DNA from: an uncultured Acidimicrobiaceae bacterium
GTDB lineage: Bacteria > Actinomycetota > Acidimicrobiia > Acidimicrobiales > RAAP-2
Length of the DNA: 47,857 bases
Reading direction: 5' to 3'
NCBI GenBank assembly: GCA_937881055.1
Contig: CALGFJ010000061.1
Location: forward strand, 1-47,857
Shown here: piece after piece, positions 18,146-27,558 of the stretch
How positions within the stretch are numbered: the stretch's first letter is position 1
How the letters are laid out: every line of letters starts with the position of its first letter
Translations under genes and position numbers: made by a program
Notes under the pieces: model-generated
Seen by the model: the letters and a program-made list of their open reading frames with translations, nothing else
The model's database searches: none
What the model was told of the DNA's origin: nothing

Positions 18146-19096
18146 CTACTCGTCGACCCGCAGTACGACTTTTCCAAATTTGCCCGGTTCCGCGAAGTAC
18201 TCGTAGGCGCGCGCGACGTCTTCCAGTGCGAAGCTCTGGGCGACCGGTACGTGCAACTCGCCGGTTCGCCAACGAGGAATGAGCGTCTGACTCACGCGGT
18301 CGGCGACCTCACCCTTTTCTCTGCGCGACCTCGAGCGAAGGGTCGAGCCGGTCAGCGTCGCGCGCGTGCGCATCAAACCGAGAAGGTCCACGTCCACGTG
18401 ACTGCCCCCACCACCAATACCGATGACCACGACGCGCGCGAACGGATTCAACAGCCCGAGGGCGACACTCAGGTGAGCCGCGCCAACCAATTCCAATACG
18501 ACGTCAACCGGCCCAACCTCCGCGACCTGGTCGAGCGTCACGGTCTCGTCGGCGCCGCATTCGCGGAGCCGTTCGTGGTGTTCGCTCGTTCTCGTGACGG
18601 CGATGACGTGTGCTCCGAGTGCACGCGCTATTTGCACGGCGGCAACGCCGACGCCACCGGTGGATCCCGATATCAGGACACGCTCGCCAGCGCCCAGCTG
18701 TCCCTGCGTCACGAGTGCGTCGTGGGCGGTGGTGAAGGCTTCGGGGAACCCTCCGGCCTGATCCCAACTGACGTGGTCGGGTACGAAGAGCAGATGCTCG
18801 CTCGGCACGAGGCAGTGTGTCGCCTGCGCGCCTCCCCCGACGATGGCGCAGACTCGTCGACCGAGGAGCGGTTCGTGCACGCGCTCGCCGACCGCACTCA
18901 CGACGCCGGCGAGTTCCATGCCGGGGACGTCGGCGGGCCAGCCTTCGGGAGCGGGGTAGTGGCCCGCGCGCTGCATGAGGTCGGCCGCATTGATGCCGGC
19001 GCCGCGGACAGCGACGATGACGTCATTGGGACCGGGATTGGGGGTCTCTCGCTCTTGGACTTCGAGGTTCCCATCGTTGATGACGACGCAGCGCAC
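18146..19096 (-). CDS. NAD(P)H:quinone oxidoreductase, MDR/zeta-crystallin family
   Basis: GINAADL, PGMELAG, ISGSTGGVG and GKFGKVVL motifs. Confidence 0.88.
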   Translation of the reverse strand: MRCVVINDGNLEVQERETPNPGPNDVIVAVRGAGINAADLMQRAGHYPAPEGWPADVPGMELAGVVSAVGERVHEPLLGRRVCAIVGGGAQATHCLVPSEHLLFVPDHVSWDQAGGFPEAFTTAHDALVTQGQLGAGERVLISGSTGGVGVAAVQIARALGAHVIAVTRTSEHHERLRECGADETVTLDQVAEVGPVDVVLELVGAAHLSVALGLLNPFARVVVIGIGGGGSHVDVDLLGLMRTRATLTGSTLRSRSRREKGEVADRVSQTLIPRWRTGELHVPVAQSFALEDVARAYEYFAEPGKFGKVVLRVDE

Positions 19097-19148
19097 GCGG
19101 TCAGCCTACGACGCGTCGAGTTCGATGTCACGCCGTTAGTGTCACGAA

Positions 19149-19631
19149 GTGACCATCTTCGACATCCCAGTTCATACGCTCAACGGCGAGCCGAGTTCAT
19201 TGGCTCCCTACGCCGGCAAGACCGTTCTCGTCGTCAACGTCGCGTCCAAGTGCGGCCTGACGCCGCAGTACGAAGGACTCGAGCGACTGCAAACGACGTA
19301 CGAGGACCGCGGCTTCAGCGTCGTCGGTTTCCCGTGCAACCAGTTCCTCGGCCAAGAGCCGGGGACCGCGGAGGAGATCCAAACGTTTTGCTCGACGACC
19401 TACGGCGTGACGTTCCCACTCTTTGAGAAGATCGACGTCAACGGCGAAAACCAGAGTCCGATTTACGCATCGTTGAATCAAACGGCCGACGCCGAGGGCT
19501 ACTCCGGTGACATTCGATGGAACTTCGAGAAGTTCTTGATCGACCCCAGTGGCGCCGTGCAGCGCTTTGCGCCGACCGTGACGCCGGACGACCCGATACT
19601 GGTGGGCGCGATCGAAGGCGCGCTGGGCTAG
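19149..19631 (+). CDS. Glutathione peroxidase family protein (Cys type)
   Basis: NVASKCGLTPQY, GFPCNQF and WNFEKFL motifs. Confidence 0.93.
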   Translation: MTIFDIPVHTLNGEPSSLAPYAGKTVLVVNVASKCGLTPQYEGLERLQTTYEDRGFSVVGFPCNQFLGQEPGTAEEIQTFCSTTYGVTFPLFEKIDVNGENQSPIYASLNQTADAEGYSGDIRWNFEKFLIDPSGAVQRFAPTVTPDDPILVGAIEGALG

Positions 19632-20557
19632 CCGAGTCCAATCGTGCGATGCAGTCGCACGTAGGTCGGCTCGAAACCGTAACTCAACCAGAAGTTTCTC
19701 GCGCGGCGATTCGTCACGCGCCAATTGGTCTCCACGTACTCAAAGCCGGCGCCGCGAGCGTTGCGAAGGGCGGCGTCGATCATCGCCGTAGCGACCCCCT
19801 GGTGCCGATATTCCGCGTCGACGGTCACCGCGCTCAGGTGCAACGTGTGTTCAAACGAGCCGCGGCGATGCGGCAGTGGAAACGTGATGCACTGGGCGAC
19901 GGGATGCTCGCCGTATTGGACGATGTAGTGGTGCACTTCGGGATCGTCCAGGGTCTCCAAGAGATCGTCTCGTTTGCTGGAGTGGTCGAGGCCAATGGAG
20001 AAACTCGGACCGACCCGCTGGACCGCGTCGAGCTCATCGTCGAGGGCCACCGCGATCTCGATGTCGTCAACGCCACCTCGACGTAACGAGTATCCGTCGG
20101 GCAGTGCGTGATCGTGTCGGTCATCGAGTCGAAGGACACCTCGCATGTGCATACGCGCGAAGCCCATTTCGTACCAGGGCTGGGTCGACGCGATGTCGTC
20201 AATGGTCCAGACGTAGTGTTCGAGGGCTCCGTGTTCGATCCACGAAGCGCCGGCCGCGCTGTAGAGGTCGCTCAGGATGTCGGTGTTGTCGAAGGAGACG
20301 CCGTCCGGACCAATCCACACCCCGTTGCCGTAGGACTCGCTCTCGAGCAGTGCGCCGTAGAGGTGACCCACGACGGCGCCGTCGCGCTCGGCGACCCAGG
20401 TCTGGTCCGTCACGTCGCTAAGGGAATCAGTCAGTAGCTGCGTCGCGATGAACGGGTTGACGAGACATTGGATCGCGGCGTCTCGGGCCAATCCGTCGGC
20501 TACGCGAGTCACCACCTGATCGACGTCGCTCAATTCCAGTTGGCGAACGGTGATCAC
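19628..20557 (-). CDS. GNAT family N-acetyltransferase (tandem-domain length)
   Basis: C-terminal motif A VDAEYRHQGVAT and TNRRARNFWLSYGFEP. Confidence 0.8.
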   Translation of the reverse strand: MITVRQLELSDVDQVVTRVADGLARDAAIQCLVNPFIATQLLTDSLSDVTDQTWVAERDGAVVGHLYGALLESESYGNGVWIGPDGVSFDNTDILSDLYSAAGASWIEHGALEHYVWTIDDIASTQPWYEMGFARMHMRGVLRLDDRHDHALPDGYSLRRGGVDDIEIAVALDDELDAVQRVGPSFSIGLDHSSKRDDLLETLDDPEVHHYIVQYGEHPVAQCITFPLPHRRGSFEHTLHLSAVTVDAEYRHQGVATAMIDAALRNARGAGFEYVETNWRVTNRRARNFWLSYGFEPTYVRLHRTIGLG

Positions 20558-20595
20558 AGATCAACCTTACGTGTCGCGTGTGCCAAAGTTGCCGG

Positions 20596-21255
20596 GTGAG
20601 TATTGACGCAACGTTGTTCGACATGGACGGGCTCTTGATCGACTCCGAGATCTTGTGGCACCAGGCGGAAGTCGAAATCTTCGGAGCCCTCGGCGTGCCG
20701 CTCCTGGCCACGTCGACTCGATCCACGAAGGGAGTATTCATCAATGACGTCGTTGCCTACTGGTACTCGCGCTATCCGTGGAACGGCCCTAGTGTCGATG
20801 ACGTCATCGCGAAGTTGGTCAATCGTGTGGGATCGCTGGTCGAATCGGAAGGGCGCCTTTTGCCCGGAGCGATCCGCGCCATCGACCTGACGAGTGAACG
20901 CGGTCCGGTCGCTCTCGCGAGTTCAACGCCGCTCGCCTTGATACAGCGCTCCCTCGAGCACTTCGATTTGTCGGACCGTTTTGCGTCGGTGCACTCGGCT
21001 GAGTTCGAGCCGTACGGCAAACCTCACCCCGGGGTCTTTCTCACCGCGGCGACCTCACTCGGTGTCGCTCCGACGCGCTGTCTGGTCTTCGAAGACTCCA
21101 CCGCTGGCGTGATTGCGGCGCGCGCCGCCAGCATGAGCCTCGTGGCCGTGCCGACGCGCGAGGACCGCGGCGAGGTCGAGTACCTTCTGGCGGACCTCGT
21201 CCTCGACTCACTCGACGACCTTTCAACGGACTGGCTCGACGAGCAGTTCGCCTAA
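20596..21255 (+). CDS. HAD-superfamily phosphatase (HxpB/YniC-like)
   Basis: FDMDGLLIDSE, LASST, GKPHPGVF and FEDS motifs. Confidence 0.88.
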   Translation: MSIDATLFDMDGLLIDSEILWHQAEVEIFGALGVPLLATSTRSTKGVFINDVVAYWYSRYPWNGPSVDDVIAKLVNRVGSLVESEGRLLPGAIRAIDLTSERGPVALASSTPLALIQRSLEHFDLSDRFASVHSAEFEPYGKPHPGVFLTAATSLGVAPTRCLVFEDSTAGVIAARAASMSLVAVPTREDRGEVEYLLADLVLDSLDDLSTDWLDEQFA

Positions 21256-21725
21256 AGCTCCTTCGAGAATCGACGGGCCTGCGCATGACAGAAGACGCCG
21301 GCGGGGTAGTTCTCGACCTGAGTCCAACCGGTTGATTCATAGAGCGACAGCGCCTCGGGTTGCGCCGGTCCGGTCTCGAGGAAGAGCGCCCGATATCCGA
21401 GTTCTTTCGCGTGACGTTCGATCTCGTTCATGAGCGAGAGACCGATTCCCGCGCGGCGAAGATCCGGTCGCACCCAGAGGCGTTTCACCTCCGCGAAGCG
21501 CAGACCTGGTTCACCGATTGAACGAAGTCCGACGCCGCCAACCAGGTGACGATCGTGGCGCGCGACGAGGAAGAGCCCGTCGGGCGCGCGAAGCTCGTCG
21601 ATGCTGAGGTGCGCGTTATCACCATCGCCGCCGTAGCGCTGTTGGAGTTCGTCGCTCGCCGCGTGCATAATGGCGAGCGCTCCGCTGGTATCGATTGATT
21701 CGGCACTAACGGCGATGGAAATCAC
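21252..21725 (-). CDS. GNAT family N-acetyltransferase
   Basis: AEVKRLWVRPDLRRAGIG and LETGPAQPEALSLYE motifs. Confidence 0.85.
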   Translation of the reverse strand: MISIAVSAESIDTSGALAIMHAASDELQQRYGGDGDNAHLSIDELRAPDGLFLVARHDRHLVGGVGLRSIGEPGLRFAEVKRLWVRPDLRRAGIGLSLMNEIERHAKELGYRALFLETGPAQPEALSLYESTGWTQVENYPAGVFCHAQARRFSKEL

Positions 21726-21798
21726 TTGGACATCGTAGAGGTCGGACCGTACATCGTTGATGGTTCAGTACGATGTGGGGACTCATTGAAGGAGACTC

Positions 21799-24700
21799 GT
21801 GTTTCGCCCCGTCAGCGCTGAACTGGATTTTGTGGCTCTCGAAGAAGCCGAACTAGCCCGCTGGCGGGCCAATGACGTCTTCGCCCGGTCCATGAAGCAC
21901 CGCGAGGGCGCCGAGCCATGGGTCTTCTATGAGGGACCACCCACGGCCAACGGCAAGCCGGGCCTCCACCACGTGTGGGCGCGGGTCTACAAAGACCTCT
22001 TCTGTCGTTACCAGACAATGCAGGGACGTTTCGTCGCGCGACGCGCGGGCTGGGACACGCACGGCCTCCCGGTCGAAGTCCAGGTCGAAAAGCAACTCGG
22101 GATATCCGGGAAGAAGGCCATCGTCGAGCAGGTCGGCATCGAGGAGTTCACGCGGTTGTGCCGGGATTCGGTCCTCACCTTCGTCGGCGAATTTGAGCGA
22201 CTCACCGAGCGCATCGGCTACTGGACCGACATGGAGAACGCCTACTACACGTTCCATCCGGCTTACGTCGAATCCGTGTGGTGGCACCTCCAACAGCTCT
22301 TCGAGCACGGTCTGTTGTACGAAGACCTCAAGGTCATTCCGTACTGTCCTCGTTGCGGCACGGCGCTTTCGAGCCACGAGTTGGGTCAGCCGGAGGTCTA
22401 CACCGACGAAGTCGACGAGAGCGCGTACGTCCGCCTCGCGATCACCGATGCTGACGCGCACGACCTCTCGGGCGCGACGCACCTGGCCGTGTGGACGACG
22501 ACCCCCTGGACCCTGCTCTCGAACGTGGCGATCGCCGTCAATCCCGAGATCACCTACGGCGTCGTCGATGGCGTCGTCGTCGCCGCCGAACTGGTGGAGT
22601 CGGTCTTCGGTGCCGGCGTCACGGCGAGCGCGACGTTCCCCGGGAGCGACTTGGCCGGCGTGCACTACGAACGTCCGTTCAGCGACGCCGCGTTGCCCGA
22701 CGACGTCGACGCGTGTTACGTCGTGCTCGCGGATTACGTCACGATCGACGACGGCACCGGACTCGTCCACCAGGCGCCGGCCTTCGGTGAGATCGACCGT
22801 CAGGTCGCTCGCGATCACGGACTGCCCACGATCAATCCCGTGGGACCGGAAGGGAGATTCACCTCCGAGATCCCGTGGCTCGAAGGTCGCGACGTACGCG
22901 AAGCGAACCACACCATCAACGACGAACTCGAGCGTCGCGGCCTCTTGATCCGCCGACTCGACTACAACCACTCCTTGCCGCACTGCTGGCGATGCGGGAC
23001 GGTTCTCATCTACTGGGGCAAGCCCAGTTGGTACGTCGCGACGAGCAAGTTCCGCGAGAAGCTGCTCGCCGAGAACGCGACGATCGACTGGCACCCGGAG
23101 CACATCCGTGACGGCCGCTTCGGCAACTGGCTCGACAACAACGTCGACTGGGCGTTGTCGCGCGACCGCTTCTGGGGAACGCCGTTGCCGATCTGGCGCT
23201 GCCCCGACGATCACTTCACGTGCGTGGGATCTCTCGCCGAACTCTCGGCGCTCGCCGGACGCGACCTCGGCGACCTCGACCCGCATCGTCCGGCGATCGA
23301 TGAGGTCGTGGTGCCGTGTCGCACGTGCGCCCAAGAGGCCCGACGCGTGGAACCGGTCATCGACGCGTGGTTCGACGCCGGGTCCATGCCCGCCGCCCAG
23401 GTCGGCTATCCGCACGTCGAGGGGAGCGCCGAGGCGATGCAGTTCCCGGCGCAACTCATCGTGGAGGCCATCGACCAGACGCGCGGCTGGTTCTACACCC
23501 TGCTCGCCGTCAATACCCTGGTCTTCGGCGCCAAGCCCTTCGAGCACGTGTTGTGCCTCGGCCACATCGTGGACGAGAACGGCAAGAAGATGAGCAAGTC
23601 CGTCGGCAACGTCATCGACCCGTGGGAGGTGTTGAACACGCGAGGGGCCGATCCGTTGCGCTGGTGGATGTTCTCCCAGGGTTCGCCATGGACTTCGACG
23701 CGCACGAGCCTGAGTGCCATTGACGCCTCGCTTCGCGAGACGCTCGCCACCCTCTGGAACACCTTCAGCTTCTTCACCCTCTACGCCTCCATCAACAACT
23801 TTGAACCGACGGACCCTGAGATTCCCGCGCCGCACAACCGCGCCGCGATCGACCAATGGATACTCTCTCGACTCGAGAGCGTGACGGCGACGGTCACGAG
23901 CGCGCTCGACGGCTACGAACCGCTCGGCGCCACCGACGCGCTGAGTGAACTCATCGACGACCTGTCGAACTGGTACGTGCGACGCACTCGCCGACGATTC
24001 TGGCGCACCGACCCCAACGCGCCGCGCTCGGATTCACTGGCGGCGCACGCGACCCTGCTGGAGGTCTTGCAGCGCGTGACCTTCCTCCTGGCACCGTTCT
24101 GTCCGTTCGTGGCGGAACGGCTGTACTCCGAACTATTCGACGTCACGTCGACGGACTCGGTGCATCTGGCCGATTGGCCACTCGGTGAACCGGAACGTCG
24201 CGACGTCGCGCTCGAGGAATCGATGGCCGTGGCCCGACGACTGACGTCGCTCGGTCGTGCGGCGCGTGCCGAGGCCGGGGTGAAGGTCCGTCAACCCCTC
24301 GCGCGCGCGCTCGTCTTCTTGCCGTCGCTCTCGGCGATGCCCCCGGCGGGCGTCGTGGAGGACGAGCTCAACGTCGATCACCTGGAATACGCGAGCGACC
24401 TCGCGAACGTGCTCACCTTCGAGCTGGTACCCAACTTCCGTGCCGTGGGACCGCGACTGGGAGAGGCCGTGAAGGAGTTGAAGCCGGCCCTGGCGTCACT
24501 CGACTCCGTGGCCGCTGCCGAGACCCTCGAATCGGGGGGATCGATCAGCGTGAGGCTCTCGTCGGGCACGTTCGAACTCAGCGCCGACGACATTGAGTTG
24601 CGAGTGAAGGGACAAGACGGGTACGCCGTGTCGCGTGACGGTGGCGAGGTCATCGCGCTTGACTTGACGCTGACCGACGAACTACGGCGTCGCGGTTTCC

Positions 24701-24930
24701 TGCGTGACGTCATTCGCCAGGTCCAAGACCTGCGCAAGAATTCCGGTTTCGACGTGGCCGACCGAATCGTGCTGCACGTGTCGGGCATCGACGACCTCGC
24801 CGAAGGTTTCGCGACGTTGGCGAGCGAGGTGTTGGCCGTCGAAGTGATCACCGGGTCGGGTTGGGGCGAAGGGACGTTGTTGGAACTCGACGACGACCGC
24901 GAGGCGCGGGCCTGGGTCGCGAAGGATTAA
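21799..24930 (+). CDS. ileS: Isoleucine--tRNA ligase, type 2 (IleRS2)
   Basis: YEGPPTANG, GWDTHGLP, WTTTPWTL, DWALSRDRFWGTP and KMSKS motifs. 1043 aa with an IleRS2-type C-terminus and no IleRS1 zinc finger. GAAGGAG Shine-Dalgarno. Confidence 0.96.
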   Translation: MFRPVSAELDFVALEEAELARWRANDVFARSMKHREGAEPWVFYEGPPTANGKPGLHHVWARVYKDLFCRYQTMQGRFVARRAGWDTHGLPVEVQVEKQLGISGKKAIVEQVGIEEFTRLCRDSVLTFVGEFERLTERIGYWTDMENAYYTFHPAYVESVWWHLQQLFEHGLLYEDLKVIPYCPRCGTALSSHELGQPEVYTDEVDESAYVRLAITDADAHDLSGATHLAVWTTTPWTLLSNVAIAVNPEITYGVVDGVVVAAELVESVFGAGVTASATFPGSDLAGVHYERPFSDAALPDDVDACYVVLADYVTIDDGTGLVHQAPAFGEIDRQVARDHGLPTINPVGPEGRFTSEIPWLEGRDVREANHTINDELERRGLLIRRLDYNHSLPHCWRCGTVLIYWGKPSWYVATSKFREKLLAENATIDWHPEHIRDGRFGNWLDNNVDWALSRDRFWGTPLPIWRCPDDHFTCVGSLAELSALAGRDLGDLDPHRPAIDEVVVPCRTCAQEARRVEPVIDAWFDAGSMPAAQVGYPHVEGSAEAMQFPAQLIVEAIDQTRGWFYTLLAVNTLVFGAKPFEHVLCLGHIVDENGKKMSKSVGNVIDPWEVLNTRGADPLRWWMFSQGSPWTSTRTSLSAIDASLRETLATLWNTFSFFTLYASINNFEPTDPEIPAPHNRAAIDQWILSRLESVTATVTSALDGYEPLGATDALSELIDDLSNWYVRRTRRRFWRTDPNAPRSDSLAAHATLLEVLQRVTFLLAPFCPFVAERLYSELFDVTSTDSVHLADWPLGEPERRDVALEESMAVARRLTSLGRAARAEAGVKVRQPLARALVFLPSLSAMPPAGVVEDELNVDHLEYASDLANVLTFELVPNFRAVGPRLGEAVKELKPALASLDSVAAAETLESGGSISVRLSSGTFELSADDIELRVKGQDGYAVSRDGGEVIALDLTLTDELRRRGFLRDVIRQVQDLRKNSGFDVADRIVLHVSGIDDLAEGFATLASEVLAVEVITGSGWGEGTLLELDDDREARAWVAKD

Positions 24931-25385
24931 CGCGACGCGTTGAGCTTCGTCAAGAGCGAAGCGAGCGTCACGCGTTCGCTCTCGGTGAGTTTCTTCGCGA
25001 GGCTCTCGTCCAAATACTCGAGGTGGACGTTGAGGGCTTCGTCCAGTTTGGCGTTACCGGCGTCGGTGATCGCCACGTGAATGGCGCGGCGATCACTAGG
25101 GCAGTTTTGGCGCGCGACGAGGCCGGCCTCTTCGATTCGATCGACGAGCCTGGTCGTGCCGCCACTCGAGTGGACGATGGCGTCGGCGATCTCATTCATC
25201 TTCAGTCGTCCGTCGGGCGAACGTCGTAACTGCAAGAGGACGTCGAACCAGGCGAGGGGGAGTTCGCACGCGGATTCCAACTCGAGGCCCAGACTCCGTG
25301 AGAGTCGGGCGTTCGTTTCGAGCAGCAGCCCGAAGAGTTGCACCTTCTCGTCACCGGAAGGACAGGCGCTGGTCTGGGAACTCAT
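24927..25385 (-). CDS. MarR family transcriptional regulator
   Basis: SSGGTTRLVDRIEEAGLV..CPSDRR winged helix, divergent from yceI. Confidence 0.9.
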   Translation of the reverse strand: MSSQTSACPSGDEKVQLFGLLLETNARLSRSLGLELESACELPLAWFDVLLQLRRSPDGRLKMNEIADAIVHSSGGTTRLVDRIEEAGLVARQNCPSDRRAIHVAITDAGNAKLDEALNVHLEYLDESLAKKLTESERVTLASLLTKLNASR

Positions 25386-25414
25386 GGAAGAATCATACCA
25401 TATTCTTAGTCTTA

Positions 25415-25454
25415 CAATTACTGCTTGACAAGTAGTTGTATAAGCAAGTATACT
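25415..25454 (+). promoter_or_regulatory. Sigma70-type promoter of yceI with overlapping putative MarR operator
   Basis: TTGACA (25425-25430), 18-nt spacer, TATACT (25449-25454). The imperfect palindrome TAGTTG-N6-CAAGTA (25433-25450) fills the spacer. Confidence 0.7.
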
Positions 25455-25495
25455 GGTCCTAGCACGGTAAGTGCCTAGAAAACAGGAGATTTGAA

Positions 25496-26068
25496 ATGAC
25501 CAGTTCCCCCACCACCGAGATTGTCACCACCGACCTGCCCGCCGCGGGCACCTACAACATCGACGCGGTTCACTCAACGGTTGGCTTCGTTGCGCGCCAC
25601 CTCGTCGCCTCCAAGGTCCGCGGACGTTTCACCGACTTTGTCGGTGCGATCACCATTGGTGACACACCGGAGAGCTCGAGTGTCGACGCGACCGTTCAGG
25701 CCGCCAGCATCACGACGGACAACGAGATGCGCGACGCGCACCTCAAGAGCCCGGACTTTCTGGCGTTCGAGACCTACCCGACGTTGACGCTCAAGTCCAC
25801 GAAGGTCAGCGCCAAGGGCGATGACTTCGAAGTCGTCGCGGACCTCACGGTCAAGGGCATCACGAAGTCAGTCACCTTCGACCTCGAGTACCTCGGGACC
25901 GGCCCTTCGATGACCCCCGGCGTCTCGGTCACCGGATTCGAAGCGCGCGCGGAGTTCGACCGACGTGACTTCGGAATCACCTTCGGCAGCACGCTGGAGA
26001 ACGGCAGCCTGGTCGTCGGCAACAAGATCGCGATCGAACTCGCCATCGAGGCGCACCAAGCGATCTAA
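25496..26068 (+). CDS. YceI family polyisoprenoid-binding protein
   Basis: IDAVHSTVGF..RH, RDAHLKSPDF and DRRDFGI motifs. CAGGAG Shine-Dalgarno. Confidence 0.92.
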   Translation: MTSSPTTEIVTTDLPAAGTYNIDAVHSTVGFVARHLVASKVRGRFTDFVGAITIGDTPESSSVDATVQAASITTDNEMRDAHLKSPDFLAFETYPTLTLKSTKVSAKGDDFEVVADLTVKGITKSVTFDLEYLGTGPSMTPGVSVTGFEARAEFDRRDFGITFGSTLENGSLVVGNKIAIELAIEAHQAI

Positions 26069-26081
26069 GGATCACGGGTTG

Positions 26082-26114
26082 AAACGCCGGGGACGACGAC
26101 GTCCCCGGCGTTTT
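26082..26114 (+). terminator. Intrinsic terminator after yceI
   Basis: AAACGCCGGGGACG-acga-CGTCCCCGGCGTTT stem ending in a T run. Confidence 0.85.
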
Positions 26115-26131
26115 GCTCGTTACGATGGGTC

Positions 26132-26254
26132 ATGGCTGAAAACCAGAAGGGTAAGGGCGCCAAGTCCACGATCGGGGTACTGGGTGTCTTGGCCTCGATC
26201 ATCTCGGTCTGGTGGTTCGCCCTTCGTCCGCGCCGCAAGCAACGCGATCAGTAG
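26132..26254 (+). CDS. Putative 40-aa single-pass membrane microprotein
   Basis: MAENQKGKGAKSTIGVLGVLASIISVWWFALRPRRKQRDQ. ATG lies 5 nt after TACGAT, and the ORF fills the gap between the terminator and the next promoter. Confidence 0.65.
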   Translation: MAENQKGKGAKSTIGVLGVLASIISVWWFALRPRRKQRDQ

Positions 26255-26303
26255 TTCGCCACCGCGTGCGGTGGGCGACAAGGTCGAGCGTTAGCGTCAC
26301 GTG

Positions 26304-27554
26304 ATGGCTACCGCGTCGTTCGCGCCGCTTCGTCACCGGAGTTTCGCCCTTTCACTGACCTCGTCGTTCGTCTCGTCGACGGGCACCTGGATGCAGACGG
26401 TCGCACTCGGGGTGTACCTCACGGAGACGACGCACAACGCGGTGTGGCTCGGGCTCTTGACGGTGTGCGCGTGGACGCCAGCATTGATCGGCGCGCCGTT
26501 GGGCGGTGTGATCGCGGACCGCGTGATTCGACAGCGCTGGATTCAGGCGAACAATTTCGTGATGGCCCTCACGGCGAGCGCTCTCGCCACGGCGGAACTG
26601 ACCCATCACCTCTCTCCGCAGTTGGCGTGCTATCTCGCCATCGTCGAAGGACTTTGCTCCTCGGCGTCGTGGGCCGCGTGGCAGTCGCTGTTGCCGGACC
26701 TCGTTGATCGAGACGAGGTCTTCGCCGCCGTGTCCCTCTCGTCGGCGCAGTTCAATCTCGGTCGCATCATCGGCCCCTTGTTGGCCGGCGTGACGCTGGC
26801 CTTCGGATCGCCGGGGATCTGCTTCGCGATCAACGCCGCGTCGTTCGTCTTCGTCGTCGTGATCTTCTCATTCGTGCGCTGCGCTCACCGGCCCAAGCCG
26901 ACCACGCCAATTCGCATCTGGTCCGAGACGAAACACGGCGCGAAGCGAGCCTGGTCAGTAAAGGGCTGTCGCTACCCGATCCTCGCCATTGGGACCGTCG
27001 CGCTCATCGCGAGCCCCTTCATCGCGTTGGTTCCGGCCATGGCGATCCAGACGTTGCACTCCGGACGGATCGGGGTGTCGTGGCTCGTGACGGCGCAGGG
27101 CGTGGGCGCGGTCATCGGGGCGGTGACGTTGCCGGCGCTCGCGCGACGCACGTCGCGGATCGCGGTGTTGCGAGGCTCGGTGGCGACGGTCGCGTTGGCG
27201 CTCGCCCTCTACGGGTTGGCGCCGACGTTGGCGCTCGCCGTCGCGGCCCTGGTCTTGCTCGGCGGTGCCTACGTCGGCACGTTGACGGGTCTCAACACCG
27301 CCGTGCAATTGCACGCACCCACGAGCGAACGCTCGCGCATTCTCTCGCTCTACACGCTGTCATTGTCGATCTTCTATCCGCTCGGTGCCCTCGTGCAAGC
27401 GGCCATCGCCAAGACGTGGGGCGTGCGTCCGGTCACGGTCGGGGCCGCGGTTCTGCTGGCGCTCGTGCTGGGTTTCGTGACCCTGCGGCGCCCGGCGTTC
27501 TGGCGCGAGATCGCCGTGACGCCGAATGAGCCTGTTGTTTTGCTGGCAGACTAG
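26304..27554 (+). CDS. MFS transporter (MFS_3/DHA3-like)
   Basis: FAPLRHRSF...GTWMQTVA, GGVIADR and FNLGRIIGP motifs. Confidence 0.85.
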   Translation: MATASFAPLRHRSFALSLTSSFVSSTGTWMQTVALGVYLTETTHNAVWLGLLTVCAWTPALIGAPLGGVIADRVIRQRWIQANNFVMALTASALATAELTHHLSPQLACYLAIVEGLCSSASWAAWQSLLPDLVDRDEVFAAVSLSSAQFNLGRIIGPLLAGVTLAFGSPGICFAINAASFVFVVVIFSFVRCAHRPKPTTPIRIWSETKHGAKRAWSVKGCRYPILAIGTVALIASPFIALVPAMAIQTLHSGRIGVSWLVTAQGVGAVIGAVTLPALARRTSRIAVLRGSVATVALALALYGLAPTLALAVAALVLLGGAYVGTLTGLNTAVQLHAPTSERSRILSLYTLSLSIFYPLGALVQAAIAKTWGVRPVTVGAAVLLALVLGFVTLRRPAFWREIAVTPNEPVVLLAD

Positions 27555-27558
27555 GGGG

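Noticed and set aside
19149-19631. Possible selenocysteine in the glutathione peroxidase
   Set aside because: The active-site codon is TGC (Cys) and there is no in-frame TGA.
21853-23856. Long antisense ORFs opposite ileS (667 aa); likewise 43063-44889, 44959-46566, 27562-28926 and 33217-34527
   Set aside because: Shadow ORFs expected opposite high-GC3 genes. They have no recognisable motifs and fully overlap well-supported genes.
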